A stretch of 64,000 nt of DNA from Escherichia phage vB_EcoM_ESCO45, in the sequence record OM386661.1; one strand, written 5' to 3'. Both the position numbers and the translations under genes were made by a program. The notes below the pieces were generated by a model, which was not told the origin of the DNA, made no database searches, and saw only the letters and a program-made list of their open reading frames with translations. The stretch's first letter is position 1; each line of letters begins with the position of its first letter. This document shows, one piece after another, positions 37,932-47,415 of the stretch.

Positions 37932-38417
37932 ATGAATTACATGGATATTAGACCATTTGATACAGCTAATGGTGAAGGGGTTCGTGTAAGCCTCTTCGTA
38001 GCTGGTTGTAAGCATCACTGCGAAGGCTGCTTTAACAGGGAGTCTTGGAAGTTTAATGCTGGTAAAGAGTTTACTTATGCAAACCTCTACGGAATCATCC
38101 AACTAATGGGTGATAATGCTGTCAGTGGTTTGTCAATACTTGGTGGAGAACCTCTGGATGATAGAAATGTTCAAGAGGTTACCAATATATGTAAACGTAT
38201 TAAAACTATTTATCCAGAGAAGTCTATATGGCTTTGGACAGGTTTTCAACTACACGAAAAAATTCACCTTGATGTGATGAAATACATTGACGTGGTGATT
38301 GATGGCAAGTATGATTTATCTAAACCAACAACTAAACCATATCGTGGTTCTGATAACCAAATTCTCTGGAGAAAAGAGTATGGATGGCAAGGTGATTGTC
38401 AGTGGAGAGCAGAGTAA
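37932..38417 (+). CDS. nrdG: anaerobic RNR activating enzyme (radical SAM)
   Basis: 161 aa; CKHHCEGC (Cx3Cx2C) radical-SAM cluster motif. Confidence 0.8.
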   Translation: MNYMDIRPFDTANGEGVRVSLFVAGCKHHCEGCFNRESWKFNAGKEFTYANLYGIIQLMGDNAVSGLSILGGEPLDDRNVQEVTNICKRIKTIYPEKSIWLWTGFQLHEKIHLDVMKYIDVVIDGKYDLSKPTTKPYRGSDNQILWRKEYGWQGDCQWRAE

Positions 38418-38540
38418 ATCTCGTTGTAAAGTAGGTTATCGGTAAAGACCACTTTACAATGTTCTACAGAACAAACTTAACCATTGGTCTCACTGAAGGA
38501 GAACTTAAAACATTTGTGAAAAGATTGAGAGAGATATGAA

Positions 38541-38798
38541 ATGGGACTCTGGAATAGTTTTAAATCAAAAGTAAAAGCAGCACTAGCTTCATTAGGTATG
38601 CTCACTGGTGTTGATGTGACTCATCTTATGCAGAACTTTAAGATGGAGGAGAAGCTGGCTAATGAGGTTATGAAAAGTATCTATGTAGGCCGTGATAAAG
38701 GTGGTAAGAAACAAGCCCACCGTCCGTCTGGTGCAGCAGCTATTAAACGAGCAGCTAAGAAAGCTCGTAACCATAAACGTAATAAGAAGGCTAAATAA
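38541..38798 (+). CDS. hypothetical protein with highly basic C-terminus
   Basis: 85 aa; C-terminal KRAAKKARNHKRNKKAK. Confidence 0.3.
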   Translation: MGLWNSFKSKVKAALASLGMLTGVDVTHLMQNFKMEEKLANEVMKSIYVGRDKGGKKQAHRPSGAAAIKRAAKKARNHKRNKKAK

Positions 38799-38800
38799 TC

Positions 38801-39121
38801 ATGGGCAAAGTTTATAACACTCGCAAATTACAGATTTTCGTACTGTGTCAGTTTATGGCTAAAGAATACAATTTCTACTATTGTGGCACAGGTTTTATTA
38901 GCGATGATGATGGCTCATACCTCCCATTCAAAGAAGCTGTAAAGCTCTTTAATGAAGAGGAAAGCTCTAAGAAAGATATTGAAAAGGTTAAGCTAACCTA
39001 TAGCAAGAAAGATAAGAAGATTATCTGCCTAGATAACTTTGTAAAAGTTACTGGAGAAGCAAAAGAGTTTATGGATGAGAGTGAGATTTCATTCACAAGC
39101 ATCTTGAAAGTGGCTCAGTAA
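38801..39121 (+). CDS. hypothetical protein
   Basis: 106 aa ORF. Confidence 0.3.
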   Translation: MGKVYNTRKLQIFVLCQFMAKEYNFYYCGTGFISDDDGSYLPFKEAVKLFNEEESSKKDIEKVKLTYSKKDKKIICLDNFVKVTGEAKEFMDESEISFTSILKVAQ

Positions 39122-39165
39122 ACAGATAGTGGTGTTAAGAAATCTGCCGTTGGTGGTGTACACCT

Positions 39166-39333
39166 ATGTGGGATGGTGATAAGCTGAAAGCTGTAGATGG
39201 CTATGGACTCCAGAGTTTTGCAGATGTACTTGACCACCCAGCTTGTGCTTTACGTTTAGTCTTTAGTGACTCTGAGCAGTTTGGTTACACAACTCTTGGC
39301 GATATTCGAAACAATATTGACAAGCAGCTTTAA
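39166..39333 (+). CDS. possible small protein (55 aa)
   Basis: Short ORF ending 14 nt before terminator 39347-39370; weak RBS; below ORF-track cutoff. Confidence 0.25.
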   Translation: MWDGDKLKAVDGYGLQSFADVLDHPACALRLVFSDSEQFGYTTLGDIRNNIDKQL

Positions 39334-39346
39334 AAGTATATGATAA

Positions 39347-39370
39347 GAGGCTCCTACGGGAGCCTTTTTA
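39347..39370 (+). terminator. rho-independent terminator
   Basis: GGCTCC-tacg-GGAGCC followed by TTTTT. Confidence 0.6.
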
Positions 39371-39386
39371 ATTTCTGGAGAAGACT

Positions 39387-39722
39387 ATGAGAATCAAAGA
39401 AATGAACATTAGCGTTGTCCTAGAAGAACGTTGGGAAAACATTAAGAAGCCTGAAGATGGTAAAAAGTTTCTTAACAAAATTTTAGTAGCAGCTAAAGAA
39501 GAACTGACTGGCAAGATTGCAGCAGCAATCACAATAAAGGTTTGTGTAAAAGGTCTCCCAGACAATCACCAATTTGCTCTTGATGAGTTTAAAGAAAGCT
39601 TCTACAATCCAAACAAACAGATGCTTGAAAGTAACTTTGCAGTATCTACAAGTATCGTCCATGACAGAAGCTTTATCCTTTACAAAAATATGAGAGGTGA
39701 GTCATGCAAGCATATTGGATAG
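39387..39722 (+). CDS. hypothetical protein
   Basis: 111 aa ORF after terminator. Confidence 0.35.
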   Translation: MRIKEMNISVVLEERWENIKKPEDGKKFLNKILVAAKEELTGKIAAAITIKVCVKGLPDNHQFALDEFKESFYNPNKQMLESNFAVSTSIVHDRSFILYKNMRGESCKHIG

Positions 39723-39880
39723 AAATTTTGCTGTCACTTGGTAGCGTAGCAATCTTTGTTTACCTTCTTTGCAATTACTATGCAGAGCACAAGAAATGTT
39801 ACTACTGTAATGGAGAAGGCTATACAAGAGCAGGTTGTTGCCCTATGTGTGGCGGCTCTGGTAAAATGTTTAATAAGTAA
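39704..39880 (+). CDS. small membrane-anchored DnaJ-type zinc-finger protein (58 aa)
   Basis: Not in ORF track (<60 aa). RBS GAGGTGA; N-terminal TM helix WIEILLSLGSVAIFVYLL then CYYCNGEG and CPMCGGSG (two CxxCxGxG repeats). Confidence 0.4.
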   Translation: MQAYWIEILLSLGSVAIFVYLLCNYYAEHKKCYYCNGEGYTRAGCCPMCGGSGKMFNK

Positions 39881-39908
39881 TTTAACAGTAAACTAAGAGG
39901 GAAATATT

Positions 39909-42275
39909 ATGCGCATGGTAAACGACCACGCAGAAGTGATTAAGAGTTCAACTTCTTTGGAGACATCTCAAGCACAGATTATAATGACACCTGAAATGTT
40001 CAGTCTCCTGAGTTCTGATGTATATACCTTTAAAGAAAGAGCAGTGATTCGTGAACTATCGTGTAATGCAGTAGATGCTCAGAAAGAAGTTGGAAAAGAG
40101 AACATCCCATTCCATGTGCATTTACCTACTCGATTTGAGCCTTACTTTGAAGTCCGTGACTTTGGAACTGGTTTAACCCATGACAAAGTAATGAATTTGT
40201 ATCTGAACTATGGGGCTTCTACGAAGAATGATTCTAATGACTACATTGGTGCAATGGGTATCGGCTCAAAGTCACCGTTTGCGATTGCTCAGTCATTCAC
40301 AGTGTCTAGCTATGTTGATGGTGTTGTTAATAAATACTCTGTTTACCTTGAGAATGATATCCCTCAAGTAACTAAGCTTACTACTAACCAAACAAATGAA
40401 CCTAATGGATTAGCTGTACGTGTGGCTGTTGCTGACCATCGTATTTCAAAGTTCTTTGAAGAGGCTGGTCACGTATACTCATACTTTGCTGTAAAACCAG
40501 AAAGTAATATTGTATATGATGACGTGTTAGCAGATATGAACGTCATTGCCCGTGAAGAAGGTGTTTATGATGCCATGATTCATAAGCAAAGCTGGCGTTC
40601 CAGTATTAACAGAACAGGGTTTAATGTGGTGATGGGTAATATTGCCTATCCAGTTAATATGGAAGCATTACTTGGCGATGATTTCTTCAAGGTCTTGCCA
40701 GAATTTTTCCGTAGAAGTGTAGACCTTGTAAACATCTACATGCCTATTGGTTCAGTTGCTATTGCAGCTTCTCGTGAAGCATTGCAGATGAATGATACGA
40801 CAAAAAATGTTATCATTGAGGCTACTAAAAAGATAACTGAAGCAATTACAAGGGACGTTATTAAGGGGGTTAATAGCCAACCTACACTTATGGATGCTGC
40901 ACAGGCTTATGCAGAGCTACGCTTGAACTCACGAGAAATGTTTAATGCTGTGTGTCCAAAGCTAGAGTGGGGAGGTGTTAAGCTTGACTCTCTGGAAAAA
41001 GAATTGTTAAACATTCGTCGTGGAATTATCTACGCAGAAGATGGCTCAGTCATCTATGAACGTGACGGCAAAGGTAATATTAAGGTTGATAAGAACGGAA
41101 ACAACATCCCTAAAGTAGATTATCTTTATAGCCCAGTTGCTTATGTTAAGTTTAACTCTTTAGAGAGTAAGATTCGTGCAACAGCACTTTCCTACACTCA
41201 AGAGGCAAGTATGTTCAATATCTTTGGTGCAATGCGTAAAAGCCAAGTTGAACAGTTTTTGTTTGTTATTAATGACCGTCGCAATAAAAACGGTACTGAG
41301 AAGACTGTAGGACGCAATCAAATCTTGCGTGGTGCATGTCGAGACTACGCCAACGAGTCAAATCTGTTTCACAGATACAATGGTATTGTGTTTGTATTCT
41401 CGACTGAAAAAGAGTTAGATGATTTAATCAATCTACACAAACTTGATAAAAGCTTGTTAAAGATTGTGAAAATGTCTGATAAGGAACACCATTACCAGCG
41501 TAAAGAAGCTGTAAGAGGTGTTGTAAAACTCTGGAAAGCAGTTCCGGCAGAAGGTGTAGCCTCCTACAAAGAGGTGTCAGAAGACTTAGACACAATTGAG
41601 GAGCCTCAGCTTTACATTAAGGCAGTTGGTGACACAGTTGATGGTGAATGTTTTTGCTCATCTCCAGAAGATGTAGCTAAGTCAGTTGCTAATGTTACAG
41701 GGAAGACAGTCTATGTTTTCCGAAAAGCAAATTGGAAAAAGATACCAGAAGGCTGGATTGAAGTAGATGAGAAGCTCTTGAACGACAGCTTAACTGATGT
41801 TCATTGGATTAATCATAACAGGTATATGACACGCATCTACATGAATGGTGTTCTTGACCTTACAAGCAGTTGGATTATTGCCAGAAACTTTACATTCAAT
41901 AACAGGAAGATTTCTCGTGGTTATTGCTATTCACGAGATACTAACAAAACTATCTTCCTAGAAGGTAATGAGGATGCTGTAGAGGCAATTTTCGGTAAAA
42001 TCCAGTATGTTGCTGCACCATTTGCATACACTTACACTATTAGTGTCTTGCAAACTCTGAAAGGGTGTCTTGACAATAACACAAAGCTTTACAAGAAAAT
42101 CAGGAAAGCTGGTGACCGTATGGTTATTAAGGTGACAAACTACCTTTCAAAAAGAAAACAAGAAAATTTCTTGCTTTCCCATTTAGATTGGAATAAAGTG
42201 TCACCTATTGAAGTGAGTAAGCTCTTAGGCTTTGATGTGAAGTGTGTTCCAGAAGGTACAACACTTTACGATTAA
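39909..42275 (+). CDS. rIIA: rIIA-like protein (GHKL-type ATPase N-terminal domain)
   Basis: 788 aa; Bergerat-fold motifs IRELSCNAVDAQ (N box), DFGTGLT (G1), GAMGIGSKSPF (G2); size and pairing with downstream rIIB-like gene. Confidence 0.55.
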   Translation: MRMVNDHAEVIKSSTSLETSQAQIIMTPEMFSLLSSDVYTFKERAVIRELSCNAVDAQKEVGKENIPFHVHLPTRFEPYFEVRDFGTGLTHDKVMNLYLNYGASTKNDSNDYIGAMGIGSKSPFAIAQSFTVSSYVDGVVNKYSVYLENDIPQVTKLTTNQTNEPNGLAVRVAVADHRISKFFEEAGHVYSYFAVKPESNIVYDDVLADMNVIAREEGVYDAMIHKQSWRSSINRTGFNVVMGNIAYPVNMEALLGDDFFKVLPEFFRRSVDLVNIYMPIGSVAIAASREALQMNDTTKNVIIEATKKITEAITRDVIKGVNSQPTLMDAAQAYAELRLNSREMFNAVCPKLEWGGVKLDSLEKELLNIRRGIIYAEDGSVIYERDGKGNIKVDKNGNNIPKVDYLYSPVAYVKFNSLESKIRATALSYTQEASMFNIFGAMRKSQVEQFLFVINDRRNKNGTEKTVGRNQILRGACRDYANESNLFHRYNGIVFVFSTEKELDDLINLHKLDKSLLKIVKMSDKEHHYQRKEAVRGVVKLWKAVPAEGVASYKEVSEDLDTIEEPQLYIKAVGDTVDGECFCSSPEDVAKSVANVTGKTVYVFRKANWKKIPEGWIEVDEKLLNDSLTDVHWINHNRYMTRIYMNGVLDLTSSWIIARNFTFNNRKISRGYCYSRDTNKTIFLEGNEDAVEAIFGKIQYVAAPFAYTYTISVLQTLKGCLDNNTKLYKKIRKAGDRMVIKVTNYLSKRKQENFLLSHLDWNKVSPIEVSKLLGFDVKCVPEGTTLYD

Positions 42276-42280
42276 AGTGC

Positions 42281-42310
42281 TTGACAAGGGGCTTTGAAGC
42301 CCCTTAGAAT
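42281..42310 (+). promoter_or_regulatory. sigma70-like promoter with hairpin embedded in spacer (upstream of rIIB-like gene)
   Basis: TTGACA-N18-TAGAAT; spacer contains inverted repeat AAGGGGCTT/AAGCCCCTT. Confidence 0.45.
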
Positions 42311-42355
42311 AGCCTCACAAAATGAGTTATTAACTAAAAAAGAGAGAGTAATAAG

Positions 42356-43465
42356 ATGACTACTAAAACTAAAGCACAGATTGACGCAGAAATTTACAAA
42401 CTGGTTAAAGAGGGCAAGCTGACTAAAACAGCTATTGCACAGAAATTTAACACCTCAACCCGTTCAGTCGGTCGTGCTGTAGAGCGTCATGAAGCAACCT
42501 TAAAAGGGAATAAAAAGGCAACTTCTACACCAGCTACGAAGACTTTAAAGCAAGTTGCTAAGACCTTTAAAAAGAAAGCTGATAAGCCAGTTAAAAAGGC
42601 TGTTAAAGAGGATGTACAGAAAGCTCCGGTAAATAAACTGCATGAAGCTATGCAGAATGGCAACCAGATTGAGTACATGATTACCGGCGACTCTGTTATC
42701 ATGATTTTCGGTGCAGACTCTGAAATCGTTGAATCTACCCATCCGAACTACAAAGAAATCGTGATGGCTGTTATATCCGGTGAATATAAGAAAGCTTTCG
42801 AACTGATGAACATTCGTAAGTCTATCGAAAACTTCACTCAGGGTGCTATCACCATCAAAGGTGACAAGTTATTCTATGGTGCTGTTGAGATGCGTTCTAC
42901 TCTGGTTGACCGTATTCTTCACATGATGAAGACTGGAGATAAAGGTTTTGAACGACTTGTAATGTTCTTTGAAAAACTGATGGAAAACCCATCTAAAGAC
43001 TCTGTAGAACAACTTTGGGGCTTCGTATCCCACCTTGATGTTGAAATTGATGAAGAAGGTTACATCATTGGTTGGAAGAAAGTATCTACTCGTGAAGGTA
43101 AGCTGGTTGACTCCCGCACCTGCAAAGTACCTAATGATTTGGGTAACATTGTAGAAATGCCACGTTGGATGGTTGATAATGACCGTAACGTGACTTGCTC
43201 TCAAGGTCTTCACGTTGGTGCTTGGGATTATGTTCGTTACTTCTCAGGCGATACAATTCTGAAGGTTCGTGTCCATCCACGAGATGTTGTGTCCGTACCA
43301 ACTGATTACAACGATATGAAGATGCGTTCATCACGTTATGAAGTTGCAGCAATCGTTGATAATCAACGTAAAGTGCTGAAAGAATGGGATGGTAAGACTG
43401 AAGCTTTGCATGTCATCGTTGGCACTGCTGGTGAACTTATCTCTCAGCGTAAACGTGAAATCTAA
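42356..43465 (+). CDS. rIIB: rIIB-like protein
   Basis: 369 aa immediately after rIIA-like gene; C-terminal half resembles rIIB as recalled (GDKLFYGAVEMRS..., CSQGLHVG..., VHPRDVVSVPTDYNDMKMR); not database-verified. Confidence 0.45.
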   Translation: MTTKTKAQIDAEIYKLVKEGKLTKTAIAQKFNTSTRSVGRAVERHEATLKGNKKATSTPATKTLKQVAKTFKKKADKPVKKAVKEDVQKAPVNKLHEAMQNGNQIEYMITGDSVIMIFGADSEIVESTHPNYKEIVMAVISGEYKKAFELMNIRKSIENFTQGAITIKGDKLFYGAVEMRSTLVDRILHMMKTGDKGFERLVMFFEKLMENPSKDSVEQLWGFVSHLDVEIDEEGYIIGWKKVSTREGKLVDSRTCKVPNDLGNIVEMPRWMVDNDRNVTCSQGLHVGAWDYVRYFSGDTILKVRVHPRDVVSVPTDYNDMKMRSSRYEVAAIVDNQRKVLKEWDGKTEALHVIVGTAGELISQRKREI

Positions 43466-43480
43466 TAAGTAATTTCTTAA

Positions 43481-43507
43481 AAGGCTGCTTCGGCGGCCTT
43501 TTTTATT
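43481..43507 (+). terminator. rho-independent terminator after rIIB-like gene
   Basis: AAGGCTGC-ttcg-GCGGCCTT followed by TTTTTATTT. Confidence 0.55.
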
Positions 43508-43534
43508 TGTATTTTGTGCAGAGTGCTGTATAAT
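43506..43534 (+). promoter_or_regulatory. sigma70-like promoter upstream of SLT gene
   Basis: perfect -10 TATAAT at 43529-43534 with TG two nt upstream; weak -35 TTTGTA. Confidence 0.4.
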
Positions 43535-43565
43535 TGTTGTTACGATAAACTAAACAGGAGAACCA

Positions 43566-44114
43566 ATGAAGAAATTGATTCTAGGTTTGTGCTTAATGTT
43601 TATAGCACACTTATCTTATGCAGTTGACTGCCCAGAGCTATCAATTAGTCAAAAAGTAAACATGTTAAAAGCTTACCAGTATGGTGAGAATAACATGGGT
43701 AAAGGTTGGGGTATCACTCTAGCTGCTATAGCCTTACAAGAGTCAGAGTTAGGTCTGAAGGTAGAGAATAAAAAGACACACGATTATGGTATTTTCCAGA
43801 ATCACTTGAAGACTGTTGTAAAGCGTAACAAAATTAGTCCTAATGTGGCTAAAAAGAAACTTTTAAAAGACTTTAACTATGCTGCGAAGGAAACTCACAA
43901 AGAGCTTGAGTTTTGGACAAAGGTACATGGTCAGCCAAAGTCAAAGAAGACTTTACAAAAAGTTTTAGCATCTTATAATGCTGGTTATTCGTACAGAATC
44001 CCTAAAGCTAAGAAGTATTCTCAAGATGTCTATAACAATATGAGAGTTATTGCTCAATGTGAATTTGCAACAAACATTTCTAAGGTAAATCATGAAAAAA
44101 TTAAGAAAGTCTGA
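43566..44114 (+). CDS. secreted lytic transglycosylase (SLT domain) with signal peptide
   Basis: 182 aa; signal peptide MKKLILGLCLMFIAHLSYA; SLT motifs ALQESELG (catalytic Glu), YGIFQ, SYNAGYSY. Confidence 0.55.
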   Translation: MKKLILGLCLMFIAHLSYAVDCPELSISQKVNMLKAYQYGENNMGKGWGITLAAIALQESELGLKVENKKTHDYGIFQNHLKTVVKRNKISPNVAKKKLLKDFNYAAKETHKELEFWTKVHGQPKSKKTLQKVLASYNAGYSYRIPKAKKYSQDVYNNMRVIAQCEFATNISKVNHEKIKKV

Positions 44115-44787
44115 TGAAGTCTTGTGTCATGCTTATGACTTACATCCTCATGAGTTAGGTATTGATTCCTTTGCATGGACTCCAGAACAGTGCAGGGATT
44201 TTGAAGACACTGCGAGAGAAGTTGTATGTTCACTTGAAGAGTTCCACACATCAGAGCCAATTGTGAATGTTGTAGATAAAGAGACTGGACAAACTATAGG
44301 CGTAAGCCGTGATAGCTTAGTCATAGTCAATAAAGACCTTGTAGAAAAAGGGAATCTCATCTTAGCAGATATTGATGGTATTCTTACAAATTTTAATCAC
44401 GAAGATTGTTCAACGGAGTTGACTGATGGGTCATTTTCACAGTACACTAATCTTCTTGATTCTGTAAGAGCAAAACCAACGTATGTTTTCAATATCATTA
44501 ATGCAATTGCTAATCATGCTGCTGTTGGACTCTTGACAGCCAGAGGTGAATCTCAGAGAATACCTACTGAGATGTTTTTAAGGCATAACATAGAGCATGA
44601 CTACATGCTTTTTATGCGTGGTTTTGGGGCTAACTCTATAAGTGCAGAAAGTTTGAAAGTGAGGATGATTCAGTCTTGCATTCTGCCTTACTTTAATATA
44701 GTATGTTTTATAGAAGATACAGAGAAGAATGTGCAGAAGGTGAACAGAATCCTTCCACACATCAAAACCATGTTAGTTAAACATTGA
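44092..44787 (+). CDS. HAD-superfamily-like hydrolase (putative phosphatase)
   Basis: 231 aa; LILADIDGIL resembles HAD motif I (DxDG); later motifs uncertain. Confidence 0.3.
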   Translation: MKKLRKSDEVLCHAYDLHPHELGIDSFAWTPEQCRDFEDTAREVVCSLEEFHTSEPIVNVVDKETGQTIGVSRDSLVIVNKDLVEKGNLILADIDGILTNFNHEDCSTELTDGSFSQYTNLLDSVRAKPTYVFNIINAIANHAAVGLLTARGESQRIPTEMFLRHNIEHDYMLFMRGFGANSISAESLKVRMIQSCILPYFNIVCFIEDTEKNVQKVNRILPHIKTMLVKH

Positions 44788-44797
44788 GAGAAAACTT

Positions 44798-45262
44798 ATG
44801 AACAACATTATCACGGTAGCACTGGACGTTACGGCAAACAAATCTGAAGTGGTTCGTAACATTATCAAGAACAACTTTGAGGGTAAAATCTTCCGCGCTG
44901 TCAATGTAAAAGCAGACGGTAACATCCGGGAGTATCGTGCTCTCTTAAATGTTAAAAAACATGTAAAAGGTGCTGGTTCAACGACTGCACACAAAGAAAA
45001 CCTGATGACTATCTATGATATGGGTAAGGCTTCAGAGTTAGGTGCTGAAGGTATCGTTAAAGAAGGTGCTCCGTATCGCTCTTTCAATCTGGAAACTGCT
45101 CTTATGCTTTCCTTTACAAGTGGTTCTAAAACAATCACTTATCTCTTTACTGATGCTGCAACGGTATCTGCTATTAAGGATAGCACTGTCAAAGCTGGCG
45201 TAGTTGCTGCTGCAAAAGCTTCTTCGATGGCTGCAAATATCCTTGCTAAAGTCCTCGGTTAA
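44798..45262 (+). CDS. hypothetical protein
   Basis: 154 aa ORF followed by strong terminator 45273-45296. Confidence 0.4.
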   Translation: MNNIITVALDVTANKSEVVRNIIKNNFEGKIFRAVNVKADGNIREYRALLNVKKHVKGAGSTTAHKENLMTIYDMGKASELGAEGIVKEGAPYRSFNLETALMLSFTSGSKTITYLFTDAATVSAIKDSTVKAGVVAAAKASSMAANILAKVLG

Positions 45263-45272
45263 GGTTAAGATA

Positions 45273-45296
45273 CAGGCTCCTTCGGGAGCCTTTTTA
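45273..45296 (+). terminator. rho-independent terminator upstream of dam
   Basis: GGCTCC-ttcg-GGAGCC followed by TTTTT. Confidence 0.65.
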
Positions 45297-45312
45297 AATT
45301 CAAGGAGTGCTA

Positions 45313-46197
45313 ATGAAACCAATGTTTAAGTATCTTGGTGGTAAAACAAGAATACTGAAAGAATATGAGCGTTTAGGTGTCTTTCCAGACAACTGTGAAA
45401 ACTTCTATGACCTGTTTTCAGGTGGTGGCTCAGTAGCTATCTGGGCTTATGATAAGTACCCAGAGGCAAAAATATTTATTAATGAAATAAACAAACATAT
45501 CATAGAACTTTACATAACCTTCAGGGATGATTACGACAAATTCATGGAAGAATTTCGACACTTGGCAAAAAGGTACTTAGCATTACCTATGCAGGAAGAG
45601 TACACTATGAAGGGGCAACGCCATAACCGATTACGTTATAAGATGTACTACAGTGTAAGAGATGAGCTTCTCACTCTTGGTGAATCTGGTGTCTATGACT
45701 ACAGATACTATGCCAGACAGTTTTTCCTTCAGAAACTAAGTTTTGGTGGTGTATGGCAGACAACTAAAGAGATGAAAGGGCACTATGCAACACCTTGCGG
45801 CTATTTGATGGAAGAAGAAGTTTTCTTTACAAAGACTGAAGAAGCACTAAAGGAGTTCTATAACTTCATCACTGATGAGAGGGTTGTCCTTAGCAGTAAT
45901 TCTTATGATATGGTTGATATAAAGCATGGAGAAGGGACAGTCATTTACTGTGACCCACCATATATAAACACCAACCAGAAATATGGCGCAAAGTTTGACG
46001 TTTCAATGTCTGTGAAATTGTGCAAAGACATATCTGATTGGGGGGAGTTAGGCTCTAAGGTGCTGATGTCAAACTCTCAGTGGGACGGATGGTCAAACCT
46101 AATTCCTGAAAATTTTCACTTGACAGAGGTTAATCATTCATACACAATACACGCACAGGGAAGCAAAGGTATTAACGAAGTAATTATCCACAACTAA
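45313..46197 (+). CDS. dam: DNA N6-adenine methyltransferase (Dam-like)
   Basis: KYLGGK motif near N-terminus, FSGGGSV SAM-binding loop, catalytic DPPY; start at ATG 45313 with RBS AAGGAG (track start 45307 is GTG). Confidence 0.75.
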   Translation: MKPMFKYLGGKTRILKEYERLGVFPDNCENFYDLFSGGGSVAIWAYDKYPEAKIFINEINKHIIELYITFRDDYDKFMEEFRHLAKRYLALPMQEEYTMKGQRHNRLRYKMYYSVRDELLTLGESGVYDYRYYARQFFLQKLSFGGVWQTTKEMKGHYATPCGYLMEEEVFFTKTEEALKEFYNFITDERVVLSSNSYDMVDIKHGEGTVIYCDPPYINTNQKYGAKFDVSMSVKLCKDISDWGELGSKVLMSNSQWDGWSNLIPENFHLTEVNHSYTIHAQGSKGINEVIIHN

Positions 46198-46208
46198 GGT
46201 ATAAAGTT

Positions 46209-47021
46209 ATGTCAAGTAGCATCAATGTAGCACTGAACGGTAAAGTTGTTAAAATGCACACTAAGATTATCAGTGTTGAGGATTTCCTTAACGAGAGACG
46301 CTACAAAGAAAATCCTCGTCAGCGAAATACACTGAAACGTCTGAAGAGTAAGCACCTCAATGGTGCTGTATCACCAGACCAAACAGTAGTCCATGTAGCT
46401 AAGTTTGGCAGTTCACTGTTTATTATTGATGGACACTCACGCCGAGAGGCATGGAAGGTAGGCAACCTGACACGACCAGAGAACCTGATTGCAGTTATAT
46501 ACCATGTGAACTCTATATTGGATGTCACAGACTTGTATACCCATTTTGACTCTGAATTAGCAAGAGAGAAGCCTTCTGAAGTTTATTACGGGAATATGAA
46601 GATGATTTCTTTCAATCCAGAATCAGAACTGATGAAAGCATCTTGGGCTACTGCCATTAAGTATGTTGCTGCATACTATGGTGTGCAACAGGTATCTAAC
46701 ACCGAAACAGTTAAATACCTTAATGATTTTAAGAATGAGTTGGAACAAATTGATTCTCTTGAAGTACAGCTTAAAGGTGTAGTAAACGCAAAACGCAAAT
46801 ACTCTTCTGGTATCCGTGCAGCAATGCTAATAACATTACGCCTATATGGTGATGCTGCATTCTCCTTTTGGGAGGATTATAACGATTACTGTGAAGGTAT
46901 GTCTAACAAATATGTTACAGAGTTATACCAACTAGCATTACAAGCTGGTCGCGGAGCACAGGCTGATAAGCTGTTGATGAATCAAGCAATTTCACTTGTC
47001 AACTATTACAGTCAAGAGTAA
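46209..47021 (+). CDS. ParB-like nuclease domain protein
   Basis: 270 aa; FIIDGHSRREAW resembles ParB/DUF262 DGxxR catalytic loop; directly downstream of Dam gene. Confidence 0.4.
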   Translation: MSSSINVALNGKVVKMHTKIISVEDFLNERRYKENPRQRNTLKRLKSKHLNGAVSPDQTVVHVAKFGSSLFIIDGHSRREAWKVGNLTRPENLIAVIYHVNSILDVTDLYTHFDSELAREKPSEVYYGNMKMISFNPESELMKASWATAIKYVAAYYGVQQVSNTETVKYLNDFKNELEQIDSLEVQLKGVVNAKRKYSSGIRAAMLITLRLYGDAAFSFWEDYNDYCEGMSNKYVTELYQLALQAGRGAQADKLLMNQAISLVNYYSQE

Positions 47022-47040
47022 TATACAGGCTCCTTCTGGA
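47016..47040 (+). terminator. rho-independent terminator after ParB-like gene
   Basis: GGCTCC-ttct-GGAGCC followed by TTTTCC. Confidence 0.55.
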
Positions 47041-47067
47041 GCCTTTTCCATTTTAGGAGATTGTTAA

Positions 47068-47415
47068 ATGACATTTAAAGAGTTCTGTCAAGCTACTTTC
47101 ATAATTGTTTTCTTAGTTGGGGCAGGTGTCTGGGGAGGATACTCTTACAGAGACTATCAAGTTGCTGAAGCTGAGCTAAACAATGAAAAGCTCATAAGTG
47201 TTGCTAAAGATGCTTATCAGGAAGGGTTAGCCACACTGAGCACCAATTACAAAAATGATTTGAAAGATGTGCTTGCTAAGAATAAGCATACAAAAGAGGT
47301 ACTAACATATGAAAAAACTAAGCCAGAGTTTTATAATGTTTGTGTTACTGATAACTATGTCAGGGTGTTCAACGAACAAAGTGAGCAGTACATTCAAAAA
47401 CTCCCAAGTAAGTGA
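47068..47415 (+). CDS. i-spanin (inner-membrane spanin subunit)
   Basis: 115 aa type-II membrane topology: N-terminal TM (FIIVFLVGAGVWGGY) then coiled-coil periplasmic domain; o-spanin gene embedded in +1 frame at 3' end. Confidence 0.45.
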   Translation: MTFKEFCQATFIIVFLVGAGVWGGYSYRDYQVAEAELNNEKLISVAKDAYQEGLATLSTNYKNDLKDVLAKNKHTKEVLTYEKTKPEFYNVCVTDNYVRVFNEQSEQYIQKLPSK

